Part shown: positions 27,391 through 36,327 of the stretch, piece by piece
Layout of the letters: each line of letters begins with the position of its first letter
Numbering within the stretch: position 1 is the first letter of the stretch
Source: Vicinamibacterales bacterium
GTDB taxonomy: Bacteria > Acidobacteriota > Vicinamibacteria > Vicinamibacterales > CAVVIG01
Assembly: GCA_965229885.1 (NCBI GenBank)
Contig: CBDDJX010000002.1
Span: forward strand, 509,127 to 573,126
Reading direction: 5' to 3'
DNA length: 64,000 nt
Position numbers and translations under genes: made by a program
The notes under the pieces: model-generated
What the model was told of the DNA's origin: nothing
What the model saw: the letters and a program-made list of their open reading frames with translations, nothing else
The model's database searches: none

Positions 27391-28819
27391 CGGGCTCGAC
27401 GGTTTGAAGCGCGTAGGCCTGCCCGCATCCGCGCACCAACGCCGTTGCTGACGAGTTGACGACGAACGTGATCTGTGGCGTGCGTCGACCACCAATGGCC
27501 GCGAAGAGTCGATGCGATGCCGTGATCATCGCAAATCGTCGTCGGGCAGCGCTCATGAACATCAACAACGTGGCGAGAACGGCCGCCAGACGGCCCTGCA
27601 GCCCACGCGGCGTGCCGGCGCCGATCAGCTGACGCATGACGAGTCCGAGATTGAAGCCACCAGCATGAATCAGCACGCGCTTCAGGATGTTCGTGTGGCC
27701 GCGCAGATGCGTACGGCGCATGCCCCCCGTGTCATAGAGGTGCGCGAACGAGCGTTCGATCGTCTCACCGCGTCGCCGCATCAGGCGCCGTCCGCGTCGT
27801 CCATGCATCCGGCGGCGATTGCCATAGACCGGCGCCTGCGCGTCCGGCGCCTCCGACCAGTCGCGGCGGCCTCGGTCCGGCTCGGCGATGTACGACCGGA
27901 TACCGACCGCGTCGAGGTCCACCATCGTCTGGTTGCTGTGATACCCCTTGTCGCCGACCAGTTCGTCCAGTGCCTGTGGCGCCTCGCCGTCCCGCTGCGC
28001 GTCTTCGACTTGCTCGGCCGCGGCCGTCACCGTTTCGACGATCGTCGTCGTGTCGCCTTGGTCGGCGCCCTGCAGCGTGACGGCGACAATGGCGCCGGTG
28101 TCCAGGTCGACCGCATGCTCGGCTTTGTGGGCCAGATGCGTCCGGCCGTCTTTCATCTTCGTGACCTTCGCATCGGGGTCGTGCGGGTTGGTCCACTCCG
28201 TGTTCGACGTCTTCTTCTTGCGCTTCTTGTCCACCCGTGCCAGGTCCTCGCGCGTCGGGGTCTCGATCCCCGAGGCCGTGGCGAGCCCGGTCAGAAACGC
28301 CTGATAGCTCTCGCCGGTGTCGCGCCGCACGATGCTGCGCATCGCGGCGTTCGCCTCGAGCGTGGTGGCATCGATCGCCACGGTCTTCCCCTTGAGCAAT
28401 CCCACCTCGACGAGTCGTTGTTGCACCCACGTGAAGATGGCGCGGTGCGTCTCGACATCGATCAGGCGCCGCGTCCGCGAGATCGTCGAATGATCGGGCG
28501 GGGCGTCCTCCAGGCCGAGCCGCAGAAAACTGCGCACCGCCAACGAGTCGGTCGCGCGCCACGCGATCCCTCGTTCCGAATCGATGCCCTCGAAGTAGCC
28601 CACCAGTAGCAGCCGAAAATACCGGCCAGGCGCCAAGCTCGGTCGGCCCATGACCTGCGCGTAGAACCCGCGGCACAGGCCTTCGACAAACGGATCGAAG
28701 TCGTGCGCGTCGAGCAGCGCATTCAGCCGCATGTAGAACGGATGGCCGGGCGACTTCGGCAGTTCCGCGGCCGCGACCCACAACAACGATTGCTCGCTCT
28801 CTCGAATACCCATCGCCAT
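27167..28819 (-). CDS. IS1182-like (IS4/IS5 superfamily) transposase; the C-terminal tail probably runs into the neighbouring IS5 end
   Basis: MAMGIRESEQSLLWVAAAELPKSPGHPFYMRLNALL...RYFRLLLVGYFEGIDSERGIAW...AIDATTLEANAA...GDKGYHSN...ERSFAHL...HAGGFNLGLVMRQLIGAGTPRGLQGR. The last about 90 codons (27167-27445) overlap IS5 copy B on the other strand and are likely not native. Confidence 0.8.
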   Translation of the reverse strand: MAMGIRESEQSLLWVAAAELPKSPGHPFYMRLNALLDAHDFDPFVEGLCRGFYAQVMGRPSLAPGRYFRLLLVGYFEGIDSERGIAWRATDSLAVRSFLRLGLEDAPPDHSTISRTRRLIDVETHRAIFTWVQQRLVEVGLLKGKTVAIDATTLEANAAMRSIVRRDTGESYQAFLTGLATASGIETPTREDLARVDKKRKKKTSNTEWTNPHDPDAKVTKMKDGRTHLAHKAEHAVDLDTGAIVAVTLQGADQGDTTTIVETVTAAAEQVEDAQRDGEAPQALDELVGDKGYHSNQTMVDLDAVGIRSYIAEPDRGRRDWSEAPDAQAPVYGNRRRMHGRRGRRLMRRRGETIERSFAHLYDTGGMRRTHLRGHTNILKRVLIHAGGFNLGLVMRQLIGAGTPRGLQGRLAAVLATLLMFMSAARRRFAMITASHRLFAAIGGRRTPQITFVVNSSATALVRGCGQAYALQTVEPVTYRCGTRRVCQARSSGSERYTRARPHAVAPMNCVPEDSRRRSTCTGRTHSPRARAEGNQTPSSTVAVRAPSPS

Positions 28820-29009
28820 GCGCGACAGTGTAGTACACGGAATCGACCTTGTCGATCCCCTCGACCTTCATCAACTTGTGATGGATCGACTTTCACCACG
28901 GGCTGCTAGGCCGTAGGGCGCCCCACACACCCGGCATCGCTTCGTCGGAACCGCCATGCACTCGACGCAAAGTGCAGGGCGGTCATCGCGCAGGTGATCC
29001 CGTTCGTAG

Positions 29010-29843
29010 GGTTGTGTTGCAACTGTGGCCGACGGCGGCTGGTAACCTGAAGAGATCATGAAGCAGGCAATCCGACCGGCGATCTTCAAGTGGCGACAAA
29101 CCGAGCCCGAGCTGATTGTGTGCGCCGTGCGCTGGTACCTTCGGTACTCGCTCTCGTTCCGCGATGTCGAAGAACTGCTCAGCGAGCGCGGTCTGGAAGC
29201 GGACCACACGACCATCTGGCGCTGGGTCCAGCGCTACGGTCCCGAACTGGAAGAGCGGCTGCGCCGTCATCTCAAACCAACCAACAGGTCCTGACGTGTC
29301 GATGAAACCTACGTTCGTGTCAAGGGCCGTTGGTGCTACCTCTACCGAGCCATCGATTCCACCGGCGCCACGATCAACTTCGTGCTCTCGGGCTTGCGCG
29401 ATGCCGCTACGGCCAAACGCCTGTTTCGCAAGGCGCTCACTGATCCGTCGCATCCGCAGCCCCGTGTCATCAACACGGACCAGGCCCGCCTTTACGGCTC
29501 GGCGATTGCAGGGGTGAAAAAGGAAGGACTCCTGCGACGCCGTTGCCGCCACCGGCCGGTCCAATACTTGAACAACATCGTGGAGCAGGATCATCGAGCG
29601 ATCAAACGACGCGTGAAGGCCAAGCAGGGCTTTCGTGCATTCCACGCGGCGCGGCGAACGATCCAAGGCTACGAGGCCATGCACATGATCCGGAAGGGGC
29701 AAGCGAGGTGGGTGAGCGGTTCGGATGTTAAGCGACAGATTCAGTTCATTAACAACTTGTTCGAGGTGGCGGCATGAGACGGAGCCCGGCCAACTCGACC
29801 AATCGCTCTCTTGCCGCTTTTGGAAAGTTGCAACACATTCGCT
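29010..29843 (+). mobile_element. IS6-family element
   Basis: Terminal repeats GGTTGTGTTGCAACTGTGG (about 29010) and, inverted, GAATGTGTTGCAACTTTCC (about 29822-29843). Size about 0.83 kb with a single transposase gene. Confidence 0.75.
29058..29777 (+). pseudogene. IS6-family transposase with an in-frame TGA at 29292-29294
   Basis: MKQAIRPAIFKWRQTEPELIVCAVRWYLRYSLSFRDVEELL...KPTNRS-TGA-RVDETYVRVKGRWCYLYRAID...VINTDQARLYG...NNIVEQDHRAIKRR... The stop sits where the family has Trp (S-W-RVDETY), so TGG to TGA. Confidence 0.85.
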
Positions 29844-29849
29844 ATTAAG

Positions 29850-30080
29850 CTATTCCCGGTTCGTCTCTCGGATAGTCGATTCGGCAAGATCGATAGATCG
29901 CCGGGTGCCGAGTTGCAGTAGATCGGCAACCTTCGAGGGAATATTTGACACAGGAGAGAAAAGGTAGCCGTCGATTTCCGGCACCTTACGCAACGCCAAT
30001 GCGGTAAGTGCCGCATCGATGTCCTCGCAACTGTTGCCACTGGAATGCTTTTCCCGAATCTTCGCTGAGAGTGTCTCCAT
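29850..30080 (-). CDS. Small hypothetical protein
   Basis: 76-aa ORF in a lower-GC gap between the IS6 and IS3 ends. No family recognised; may be a fragment. Confidence 0.3.
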   Translation of the reverse strand: METLSAKIREKHSSGNSCEDIDAALTALALRKVPEIDGYLFSPVSNIPSKVADLLQLGTRRSIDLAESTIRETNRE

Positions 30081-30162
30081 GCAGCGAGTATAGGGCGCCG
30101 CTACACACTAGAAGTGGACCCCGAAACCTGGACAGCGGCTTAAGTGAAATCTCCATCGTGTT

Positions 30163-31008
30163 TCAGGCCGCCGTGCCGAAGCTGGTTGCGTCGAAGTACA
30201 CCACATCCGGCGTCCGCCGACCAAGTGCACTATGACGCCGTCGCCCGTTGTAGAACTGAAAGTAGCAGGGCAGCCCTGCCCGGAGCGAGGCGGGGGTCTC
30301 GTATGCATGGAGATACACATCCTCGTATTTGACGCTGCGCCAGAGACGCTCGACGAACACGTTGTCGATCCAGCGTCCCTTGCCGTCCATGCTGATGGCC
30401 ACCGCATGGGCTTTGAGCACCGCCGTAAACGCCTGGGACGTAAACTGAGCGCCTTGGTCCGTATTGAAGATCGCCGGCGGTCCGTAGTGGGTGAGCGCGT
30501 CCTCGAGGGCCTCGACACAGAAGTCGCTGTCGACGGTGTTTGACACACGCCAGGCCAGGACCCGGCGCGAGTACCAATCCAGGATGGCCACCAGATACAT
30601 GCACCCCTGCGCCATTGGGATGTAGCAGATATCGCTCGCCCACACCTGATTCGGCCGCTCGATGGACAGGCCCTTCAGCAGGTACGGATACACCTTGTGT
30701 CCGGCCCCGGGCTGGCTCGTGCGCGGCTTCGGATACAGGGCACTCAGGCCCATCTGGCGCATCAGGCGCTGGACCCGCTTGCGATTCACCGGGTGCCCCT
30801 GGGTTTCGAGCTCGTCTCGAAGGCGGCGACTGCCGTAGAACGGACGCTCTAAGTGGATCTCGTCCAGGAGGCGCATCAGGGCCAGATCCTCCGATGGGAT
30901 CCCGGTGGGGTGGTAATACACCGTCGACCGCGCCACATCGAGCAGCTCGCAGCGTCGTGTGACGGTCAACGGGGGGTCAGCTTGAATCATCGCTCGGCGC
31001 TCGCTCAC
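30163..31008 (-). CDS. IS3-family transposase OrfB (rve integrase core)
   Basis: ...RPNQVWASDICYIPMAQGCMYLVAILDWYSRRVLAW...IFNTDQGAQFTS...ISMDGKGRWIDNVFVERLWRSVKYE... Confidence 0.9.
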   Translation of the reverse strand: MSERRAMIQADPPLTVTRRCELLDVARSTVYYHPTGIPSEDLALMRLLDEIHLERPFYGSRRLRDELETQGHPVNRKRVQRLMRQMGLSALYPKPRTSQPGAGHKVYPYLLKGLSIERPNQVWASDICYIPMAQGCMYLVAILDWYSRRVLAWRVSNTVDSDFCVEALEDALTHYGPPAIFNTDQGAQFTSQAFTAVLKAHAVAISMDGKGRWIDNVFVERLWRSVKYEDVYLHAYETPASLRAGLPCYFQFYNGRRRHSALGRRTPDVVYFDATSFGTAA

Positions 31009-31295
31009 CGGTCTCGACCGAGCGCCTTGGACAAAAAATCCTTCTCCCTCGTCAGCTGACCAATCTTGGCGTGGAGTTGCTGGGTCTCCTGCTCGGAATG
31101 CTCAGCCTCGACCGCACCGGCGCCGAACACATGCTCGGCATCCGCCACTAGCTTCTTCTTCCAGTCCTGGATCTGATTCGGGTGCACCTCGAACTGCTCG
31201 GCGAGATCGGCCAAGGTACGCTCTCCTCGTACTGCGGCCAACGCGACCTTGGCTTTAAACACTGGTGAATGATTTCGTCGTTTCCTCTTCGTCAT
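31005..31295 (-). CDS. IS3-family transposase OrfA (HTH)
   Basis: MTKRKRRNHSPVFKAKVALAAVRGERTLADLAEQFEVHPNQIQDWKKKL...; ends in a leucine-zipper-like region. Confidence 0.85.
   Translation of the reverse strand: MTKRKRRNHSPVFKAKVALAAVRGERTLADLAEQFEVHPNQIQDWKKKLVADAEHVFGAGAVEAEHSEQETQQLHAKIGQLTREKDFLSKALGRDR
31032..31038 (-). promoter_or_regulatory. Probable -1 programmed frameshift heptamer (T TTT TTG) joining OrfA to OrfB
   Basis: The minus strand reads GAT TTT TTG TCC. A -1 slip gives ...KDFFVQGARSRPVSERRAMIQADPPL, continuous with OrfB. Confidence 0.6.
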
Positions 31296-31631
31296 CTTCT
31301 GCCCCCTCTCATCTTGACGGGAATGTGACGCAGAAGATTCCACTTACCGATGTCGATCAGCTGTCCAGCCGATAGGGTCCACCTCTACTCGCCCAAACCT
31401 GTGCCTATGCTTTCAACTAAAGCATGGAACAGCTCAAGCCCACTCTAGACACAGATTCCCGAGGTTGTAAGCCATTACGCTCAGCCGGGAGAAGTCGATA
31501 TACCGCGCACCGTAGCTGCCAGTCATGAGGATTGGGCCTGATCCGTTTCGGCGTGGCCGCCGGCCCTTCGTCGTGTCTGTCGCCATCGTATTCGCCTTTC
31601 GGAATGTGTCCACGAAACCGGATCAAGCCCA

Positions 31632-31832
31632 TCCAGGCCGCGATCGCTTCCGAGGACAACCACACCGTCACATCGCCGCGTCGAACGAGGGTCTGGTTAT
31701 AGGCCGGCCAGTTCGCAACGCGGTACTTCGTCTTATACGTGGGATGGACCTTCGACTTCATTCCTGTAGTGTGGCTCCTGCCAAAGGTCACGAGAAGTGC
31801 GCCCCCCCGCAGGGTCTTCATGCAACAATGCC
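31632..31832 (-). mobile_element. IS5/IS903-like 5'-terminal fragment
   Basis: MKSKVHPTYKTKYRVANWPAYNQTLVRRGDVTVWLSSEAIAAW, then a break. Terminal repeat ...TTCATGCAACAATGCC ends at 31832. Same breakpoint as 5572. Confidence 0.8.
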
Positions 31833-31878
31833 CTCGTGCAACCGCGCGTCACTCGCGTCACCGGTTGCGGGCAATCAC

Positions 31879-34767
31879 ATGAAAGGACACAGTTACAGAG
31901 ACCGCCCACCGGCGGTCGTCGCGGCCGCGTTGACCACCGTGCTCGCGGTCTCGATCGCGGCCCAGCCCGCCTCGGCGCAACCAACCGGGGTCGACCGCGT
32001 CGCCATCACTCCCTTTACCAGCATCTCGGGGACGCCGGGGGACGAGTGGATCGGCGCCGGCATCGCCGCCACCCTCGCGGCCGAGCTGGAGCAGGGTGGC
32101 GATCTGTCGGTGGTCGTGGACCAGACGTCCGCGCTCGCCGACGGCAGCTCGCCGGACGCGATCGTCGAACCGAACGACATCGGGACCGGACGAGCCCTCG
32201 GGGTGCGTTGGATCGTCAGCGGTGGTTACCAGCGGCTCGGGGAACAGATGCGGATCACCGCCCGCGTGGTCGAGGTGCCGACCGGCGCGGTGACACACAC
32301 GGCGATTGTCGACGGCACCGTGGCGGAGCTTTTCGATCTGCAGGACCGGCTCGCTGCCGACCTCAGACGTGCGCTGACGGCCGGGGGGAGTGCAGCGCCC
32401 GCGCCGGCGCTCACCGCGAGCGAGCCCCGCGTCGAGCCTGCACCCGCCGCCGCAGCGCGACCGGCGGCGCCGCGCGCCGAGCCTGTCGCCGAGGCCGGCC
32501 GCAGCGGTTTCGCGGTGGTCCCGACCATCATCATCGATGGGCCCCCGCCACCGGACGCGCCCGAGACGATCGCGCGCGATGCGGCGGGACGCGTCACGGT
32601 GCGTGCGGTCCGGCTTGCCGAACCGCTGCGTCCGGACGGGACGCTTGACGAGGGCGTCTATGAAACGGTGCCGTCGTTCGGTGGGTTCATCCAGCAAACC
32701 CCCGACGAGGGGGCGCCATCGACGGAGCGCACCGAAGCGTGGGTCTTCTACGACGAGCAGAACGTCTTTGTTGCGGCGCGCCTCTGGAGCTCGGCGCCGG
32801 AGTCCGAGTGGGTGGCCAACGAGATGCAGCGTGATTCGTTCCAGCTGATCAGCAACGACTATTTCAGCGTGACGTTCGACACGTTCTACGACCGGCGCAA
32901 CGCCGTCTTCTTCCTGGTCAACCCCATCGGCGGTTTCTACGACGGCCAGGTCACCGACGAGAGATTCTCCGGCATCGACTGGAACCCGATCTGGGAGGTC
33001 CGCACGGGACGCTTCGACGGTGGATGGACCGTCGAGATGCGGATTCCCTTCAAGTCAATCCGCTTCAGGCCCGGCACCTCGCAGGTGTGGGGGCTCCAGC
33101 TCGGGCGAAATATTTTCTGGAAGAACGAGGCGACTTATCTGACCCCGGTCCCCATCTCCGGTGGTCCGGGGGAGTCCCGCATATCGGCCGCCGCCACGCT
33201 CACCGGCATCGAGGTCCCGCGCGGCAACCGGACGCTGGAGATCAAGCCGTACGCGATTGGCTCGCTCGCCACCGACGTCAACGCGGTTCCGCTCGTCTCG
33301 AACGACGGCGACGGTGACTTCGGCTTCGACGTCAAGGTGGGCGTGACCCAGAACCTGACGGCGGATTTCACGTACAACACGGATTTTGCGCAGGTCGAGG
33401 TCGACGAGCAACAGGTGAACCTGACGCGGTTCAGCCTCTTCTTCCCCGAGAAACGCGAGTTCTTCCTCGAGGGACAAGGGATCTTCGACTTCGGTCGCGG
33501 CGCGGCCTTTGGCGGCGGCGGGGGTGGTCCGGGCGGCGGGACCCGCCGACAGGCAGGAGGCGGCGGTTTCTTTGGCGGCGGCGATGTCCCGACGCTCTTC
33601 TTCAGCCGGCGGATCGGCCTCGAGGGTGGGCAGACGGTGCCGATTCTGGGTGGCGGCCGACTCACCGGCAAGACGGGCAAGTTCACGGTCGGGGCGCTGA
33701 GCATCCAGACCGATGACGCATTGAGCGCCGAGGCGGTGTCGACCAATTTCACGGTGCTGCGGGTCAAGCGAGACATCCTGCGCCGAAGCAGCATCGGCGG
33801 CATCTTCACCGGCCGGTCGGTCTCGACGACCGGTCCCGGCTCGAATGAGGCGTACGGCGTCGACGCAACGTTCTCGTTCTACGACAACGTGAACTTCAAC
33901 GGCTTCTACGCTCGCACGCGCACGCCCGGTCTCGTGGGCGACGACGCAAGCTACCAGGGGGTCTTTACCTACAACGGCGACCTCTACGCCTTCCAGTTCG
34001 ACCACCTGCTCGTCGGCGACAATTTCAATCCGGAAATCGGCTTCCTGCGACGCGACGACTTCCGGCGCACGTTCACCACCGGCAAGTACAGCCCGCGCCC
34101 GCGCTCGATTGGGGCGGTGCGGCAGTTCACCGTTAGCGGCAGCCTGGACTATATCGAGACCGGCGCCGGGCAAGTCGAGACGCGGATCGTGCAGGCGCGC
34201 TTCGAGACCGAGTTCGAGAACAGTGACCGGATCGGGTTCGACTTCCAGGACAACTACGAGTTGCTCGTCAGACCGTTCCCGATTGCGTCGGATGTCACCA
34301 TCCCGGTGGGCGCGTACGGCTTCCAGGACTTCTTCGCGTCCTACTCCATGGGGGGACAGCGCCGGTTCTCGGGTACCTTCACCCTACAGCGCGGCGGGTT
34401 CTTCAACGGCAACATCACGGCCTACGGCTACCGGCGCGGCCGGATCGAGATCACACCGCAGTTCTCGTTCGAGCCGGGCATCTCGCTCAACCGGATCGAC
34501 CTCCCGGAGGGGACGTTCACCGCGACGCTGATGCAGAGCCGCGTGACCTATACCCTGACGCCGCGCATGTTCTTCGGCGGCCTGCTGCAATACAACAACG
34601 GCACCAACTCGCTCAGTACCAACCTCCGGCTTCGCTGGGAGTATCAGCCGGGGAGCGAGCTGTTCGTCGTCTATAACGACCAGCGTGACACGGCAACGCT
34701 GCGTGGCACGCCGATGCTCCAGAACCGCGCCTTCATCGTGAAGTTCACCCGCCTGTTTCGTTTTTAG
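31879..34767 (+). CDS. DUF5916/CBM9-like large exported protein with an extra N-terminal domain and Ala/Pro-rich linker
   Basis: ATG at 31879 with signal-like VVAAALTTVLAVSIAAQPASAQ. Middle region ...TEAWVFYDEQNVFVAARLW...RDSFQLISNDYFSVTFDTFYDRRNAVFFLVNPIGG... is paralogous to 44103-46448. The ORF-track start at 31525 lies inside IS debris. Confidence 0.75.
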   Translation: MKGHSYRDRPPAVVAAALTTVLAVSIAAQPASAQPTGVDRVAITPFTSISGTPGDEWIGAGIAATLAAELEQGGDLSVVVDQTSALADGSSPDAIVEPNDIGTGRALGVRWIVSGGYQRLGEQMRITARVVEVPTGAVTHTAIVDGTVAELFDLQDRLAADLRRALTAGGSAAPAPALTASEPRVEPAPAAAARPAAPRAEPVAEAGRSGFAVVPTIIIDGPPPPDAPETIARDAAGRVTVRAVRLAEPLRPDGTLDEGVYETVPSFGGFIQQTPDEGAPSTERTEAWVFYDEQNVFVAARLWSSAPESEWVANEMQRDSFQLISNDYFSVTFDTFYDRRNAVFFLVNPIGGFYDGQVTDERFSGIDWNPIWEVRTGRFDGGWTVEMRIPFKSIRFRPGTSQVWGLQLGRNIFWKNEATYLTPVPISGGPGESRISAAATLTGIEVPRGNRTLEIKPYAIGSLATDVNAVPLVSNDGDGDFGFDVKVGVTQNLTADFTYNTDFAQVEVDEQQVNLTRFSLFFPEKREFFLEGQGIFDFGRGAAFGGGGGGPGGGTRRQAGGGGFFGGGDVPTLFFSRRIGLEGGQTVPILGGGRLTGKTGKFTVGALSIQTDDALSAEAVSTNFTVLRVKRDILRRSSIGGIFTGRSVSTTGPGSNEAYGVDATFSFYDNVNFNGFYARTRTPGLVGDDASYQGVFTYNGDLYAFQFDHLLVGDNFNPEIGFLRRDDFRRTFTTGKYSPRPRSIGAVRQFTVSGSLDYIETGAGQVETRIVQARFETEFENSDRIGFDFQDNYELLVRPFPIASDVTIPVGAYGFQDFFASYSMGGQRRFSGTFTLQRGGFFNGNITAYGYRRGRIEITPQFSFEPGISLNRIDLPEGTFTATLMQSRVTYTLTPRMFFGGLLQYNNGTNSLSTNLRLRWEYQPGSELFVVYNDQRDTATLRGTPMLQNRAFIVKFTRLFRF

Positions 34768-34818
34768 ATGGGGCTTCGCCCCATGCCCCACGCGGCCGCT
34801 CCGTGGGGACCCCGAGAA

Positions 34819-36022
34819 CCTGTCCGTCTCGAATTCCCAATTCTCTCGCTGAATGCAGGGCGAAGGCAACGTTGCGTGCCGCCGATCGTGTGCCTACGCT
34901 GTCGCGTGTATGGAAGCCGTCGTGCTCACCCTGCTCCACCTGGCCGTCACGGCCGCAAAGCTCTGTCGGCCCGGCGGCGTGCGAGCCGTGATCGCGGAGA
35001 ATCTCTTACTGAAGCAGCAACTGATCGTCCTGCGTCGACCGCGGCAGCGGGCACCGAACTTGACCACGGTCGACCGCCTTCTCTGCGGATTCGGGTCCAT
35101 CTTTCTCGGGCCGGGGAGGCTCCGAAAGGTCGCCATTGGCGTCCGCCCCTCGACACTGCTGGCGTTTCATCTGGCGCTGGTGCATCGGAAGTACCGGCGC
35201 TTGTTCTCGTCGAGCCATCGCCCGAGGACGCCCGGACCGAAGGGGCCGAGCGACGCGCTCATCCGGGCGATCGTTGAGCTCAAATCGCGAAATCCCCGGT
35301 TCGGCTGTCCACGCATTGCACGCATCATCTCGCGGACGTTCGGCGTCGACATCGACAAGAACGTCGTCGCTCGCGTGCTGGCGAAACACTATCGACCCGC
35401 CCCGGGCGGCTCCGGGCCGTCCTGGTTGTCGTTCATCGGTCACGCGACGGACAGTCTCTGGAGCGTCGACCTGTTTCGCTGCGAGTCCATCGTGCTCCAG
35501 AGCTACTGGGTGCTCGTGGTCATGGACCAGTGCACGCGGCGCCTGGTCGGCTTCGGTGTACACCGCGGGTCGGTCGACGCGCCCGGCCTCTGCCGCATGT
35601 TCAACGCCGCCACTCACGGGCAGGGGGCACCGCGACATCTCAGTACGGATCATGACCCGTTGTTCGAAGCCCATCGCTGGCAGGCGAATCTTCGGCTTCT
35701 GGAGATTGATGAGATCAAGACGGTGCCGCACGTGCCTCTCTCACACCCCTTTGTAGAGCGCCTGATCGGCACGATACGGCGAGAATTTCTGGACCTGGTG
35801 TTCTTCTGGAATGGGCGGGATCTGGAGCGGAAACTCGCCGACTTCCAGGCCTACTACAACGCGGCACGGAGCCACGCGTCCTTGGACGGCCACACGCCGT
35901 TCGCCGTGGCGAGCGGACACCCGGTAGCCCGTGCGGACCTCAACAACATACGGTGGGCATCTCACTGCCGGGACCTGGTTCAGTTGCCAGCGGCGGCCTG
36001 ATAAGGAATTCGAGACCCACAG
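34819..36022 (+). mobile_element. rve/DDE-type IS, copy 1
   Basis: Left end CCTGTCCGTCTCGAATTCCCAATTCTCTCGCTG. Right end ...GGAATTCGAGACCCACAG. Single transposase gene. Confidence 0.75.
34910..36001 (+). CDS. Integrase-core (rve) DDE transposase
   Basis: MEAVVLTLLHLAVTAAKLCRPGGVRAVIAENLLLKQQLIVLRRPRQRAPNL...SLWSVDLFRCES...VVMDQCTRRLVGFGV...LSTDHDPLF...PFVERLIGTIRRE... Confidence 0.85.
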   Translation: MEAVVLTLLHLAVTAAKLCRPGGVRAVIAENLLLKQQLIVLRRPRQRAPNLTTVDRLLCGFGSIFLGPGRLRKVAIGVRPSTLLAFHLALVHRKYRRLFSSSHRPRTPGPKGPSDALIRAIVELKSRNPRFGCPRIARIISRTFGVDIDKNVVARVLAKHYRPAPGGSGPSWLSFIGHATDSLWSVDLFRCESIVLQSYWVLVVMDQCTRRLVGFGVHRGSVDAPGLCRMFNAATHGQGAPRHLSTDHDPLFEAHRWQANLRLLEIDEIKTVPHVPLSHPFVERLIGTIRREFLDLVFFWNGRDLERKLADFQAYYNAARSHASLDGHTPFAVASGHPVARADLNNIRWASHCRDLVQLPAAA

Positions 36023-36174
36023 CGTGCCCCGCTCGGCAGCACCAGCACGTACAGCCCCTGCCCGTCGCAGTACCGCCCAGGCCGTGTCACGGTGCGGACA
36101 AAGGCCGCGCTCAACGCCTTCTCCGGGTGCTTCCCGTGCTTGCGCCCAGGGTTGCTTCGCGTCGCATCCAGCAT
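36023..36174 (-). pseudogene. Integrase N-terminal (DUF4102) fragment, truncated by the rve-type IS
   Basis: MLDATRSNPGRKHGKHPEKALSAAFVRTVTRPGRYCDGQGLYVLVLPSGARC..., then the IS end. Parallels the N-terminus of the 17993 integrase. Confidence 0.7.
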
Positions 36175-36327
36175 GTCTATTCACCTCTTTACTCACACCA
36201 TTATAAATGGGAATGCGGCGGATGCAATCGGAATGTACGGGACAGGAGAATGCTATGTAACTACTGTAAATACAAATATTTATGGATGTCATCGGCTGTC
36301 AGTGGACAGTGTCTGAATATGATGGGT

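Larger units (their letters stand above)
30108..31387 (-). mobile_element. IS3-family element (complete, orfA/orfB)
   Basis: Imperfect terminal repeats TAGAAGTGGACCCcgaaaccTGGACAGC (30108) and, inverted, TAGAGGTGGACCCtatcggcTGGACAGC (ending 31387). Length 1.28 kb. Confidence 0.8.

Noticed and set aside
27167-27445. C-terminal about 90 residues of the 550-aa IS1182-like transposase ORF
   Set aside because: This tail is encoded antisense to the 3' end and terminal repeat of IS5 copy B and has no transposase-like sequence. The ORF probably reads through the truncated IS end by chance.
22354-27445. Classical composite transposon formed by IS5 copies A and B
   Set aside because: The two transposases differ substantially at the protein level, copy B is a pseudogene, and I saw no shared target duplication. 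The interval is kept only as IS-bracketed cargo.
26665-29294. In-frame TGA codons in the IS5 and IS6 transposases as evidence for TGA recoding (Trp or Gly genetic code)
   Set aside because: Only one of the two replaces Trp; the other replaces Leu. A third transposase has an in-frame TAA. Many confident genes here terminate with TGA at family-appropriate lengths, and recoding is not expected in a genome this GC-rich. Simple nonsense mutations in decaying IS copies fit better.
33490-33600. GGC/GGT-rich repetitive stretch
   Set aside because: It encodes an in-frame glycine-rich linker (GRGAAFGGGGGGPGGGTRRQAGGGGFFGGG) inside the DUF5916-like protein. It is not a non-coding repeat.
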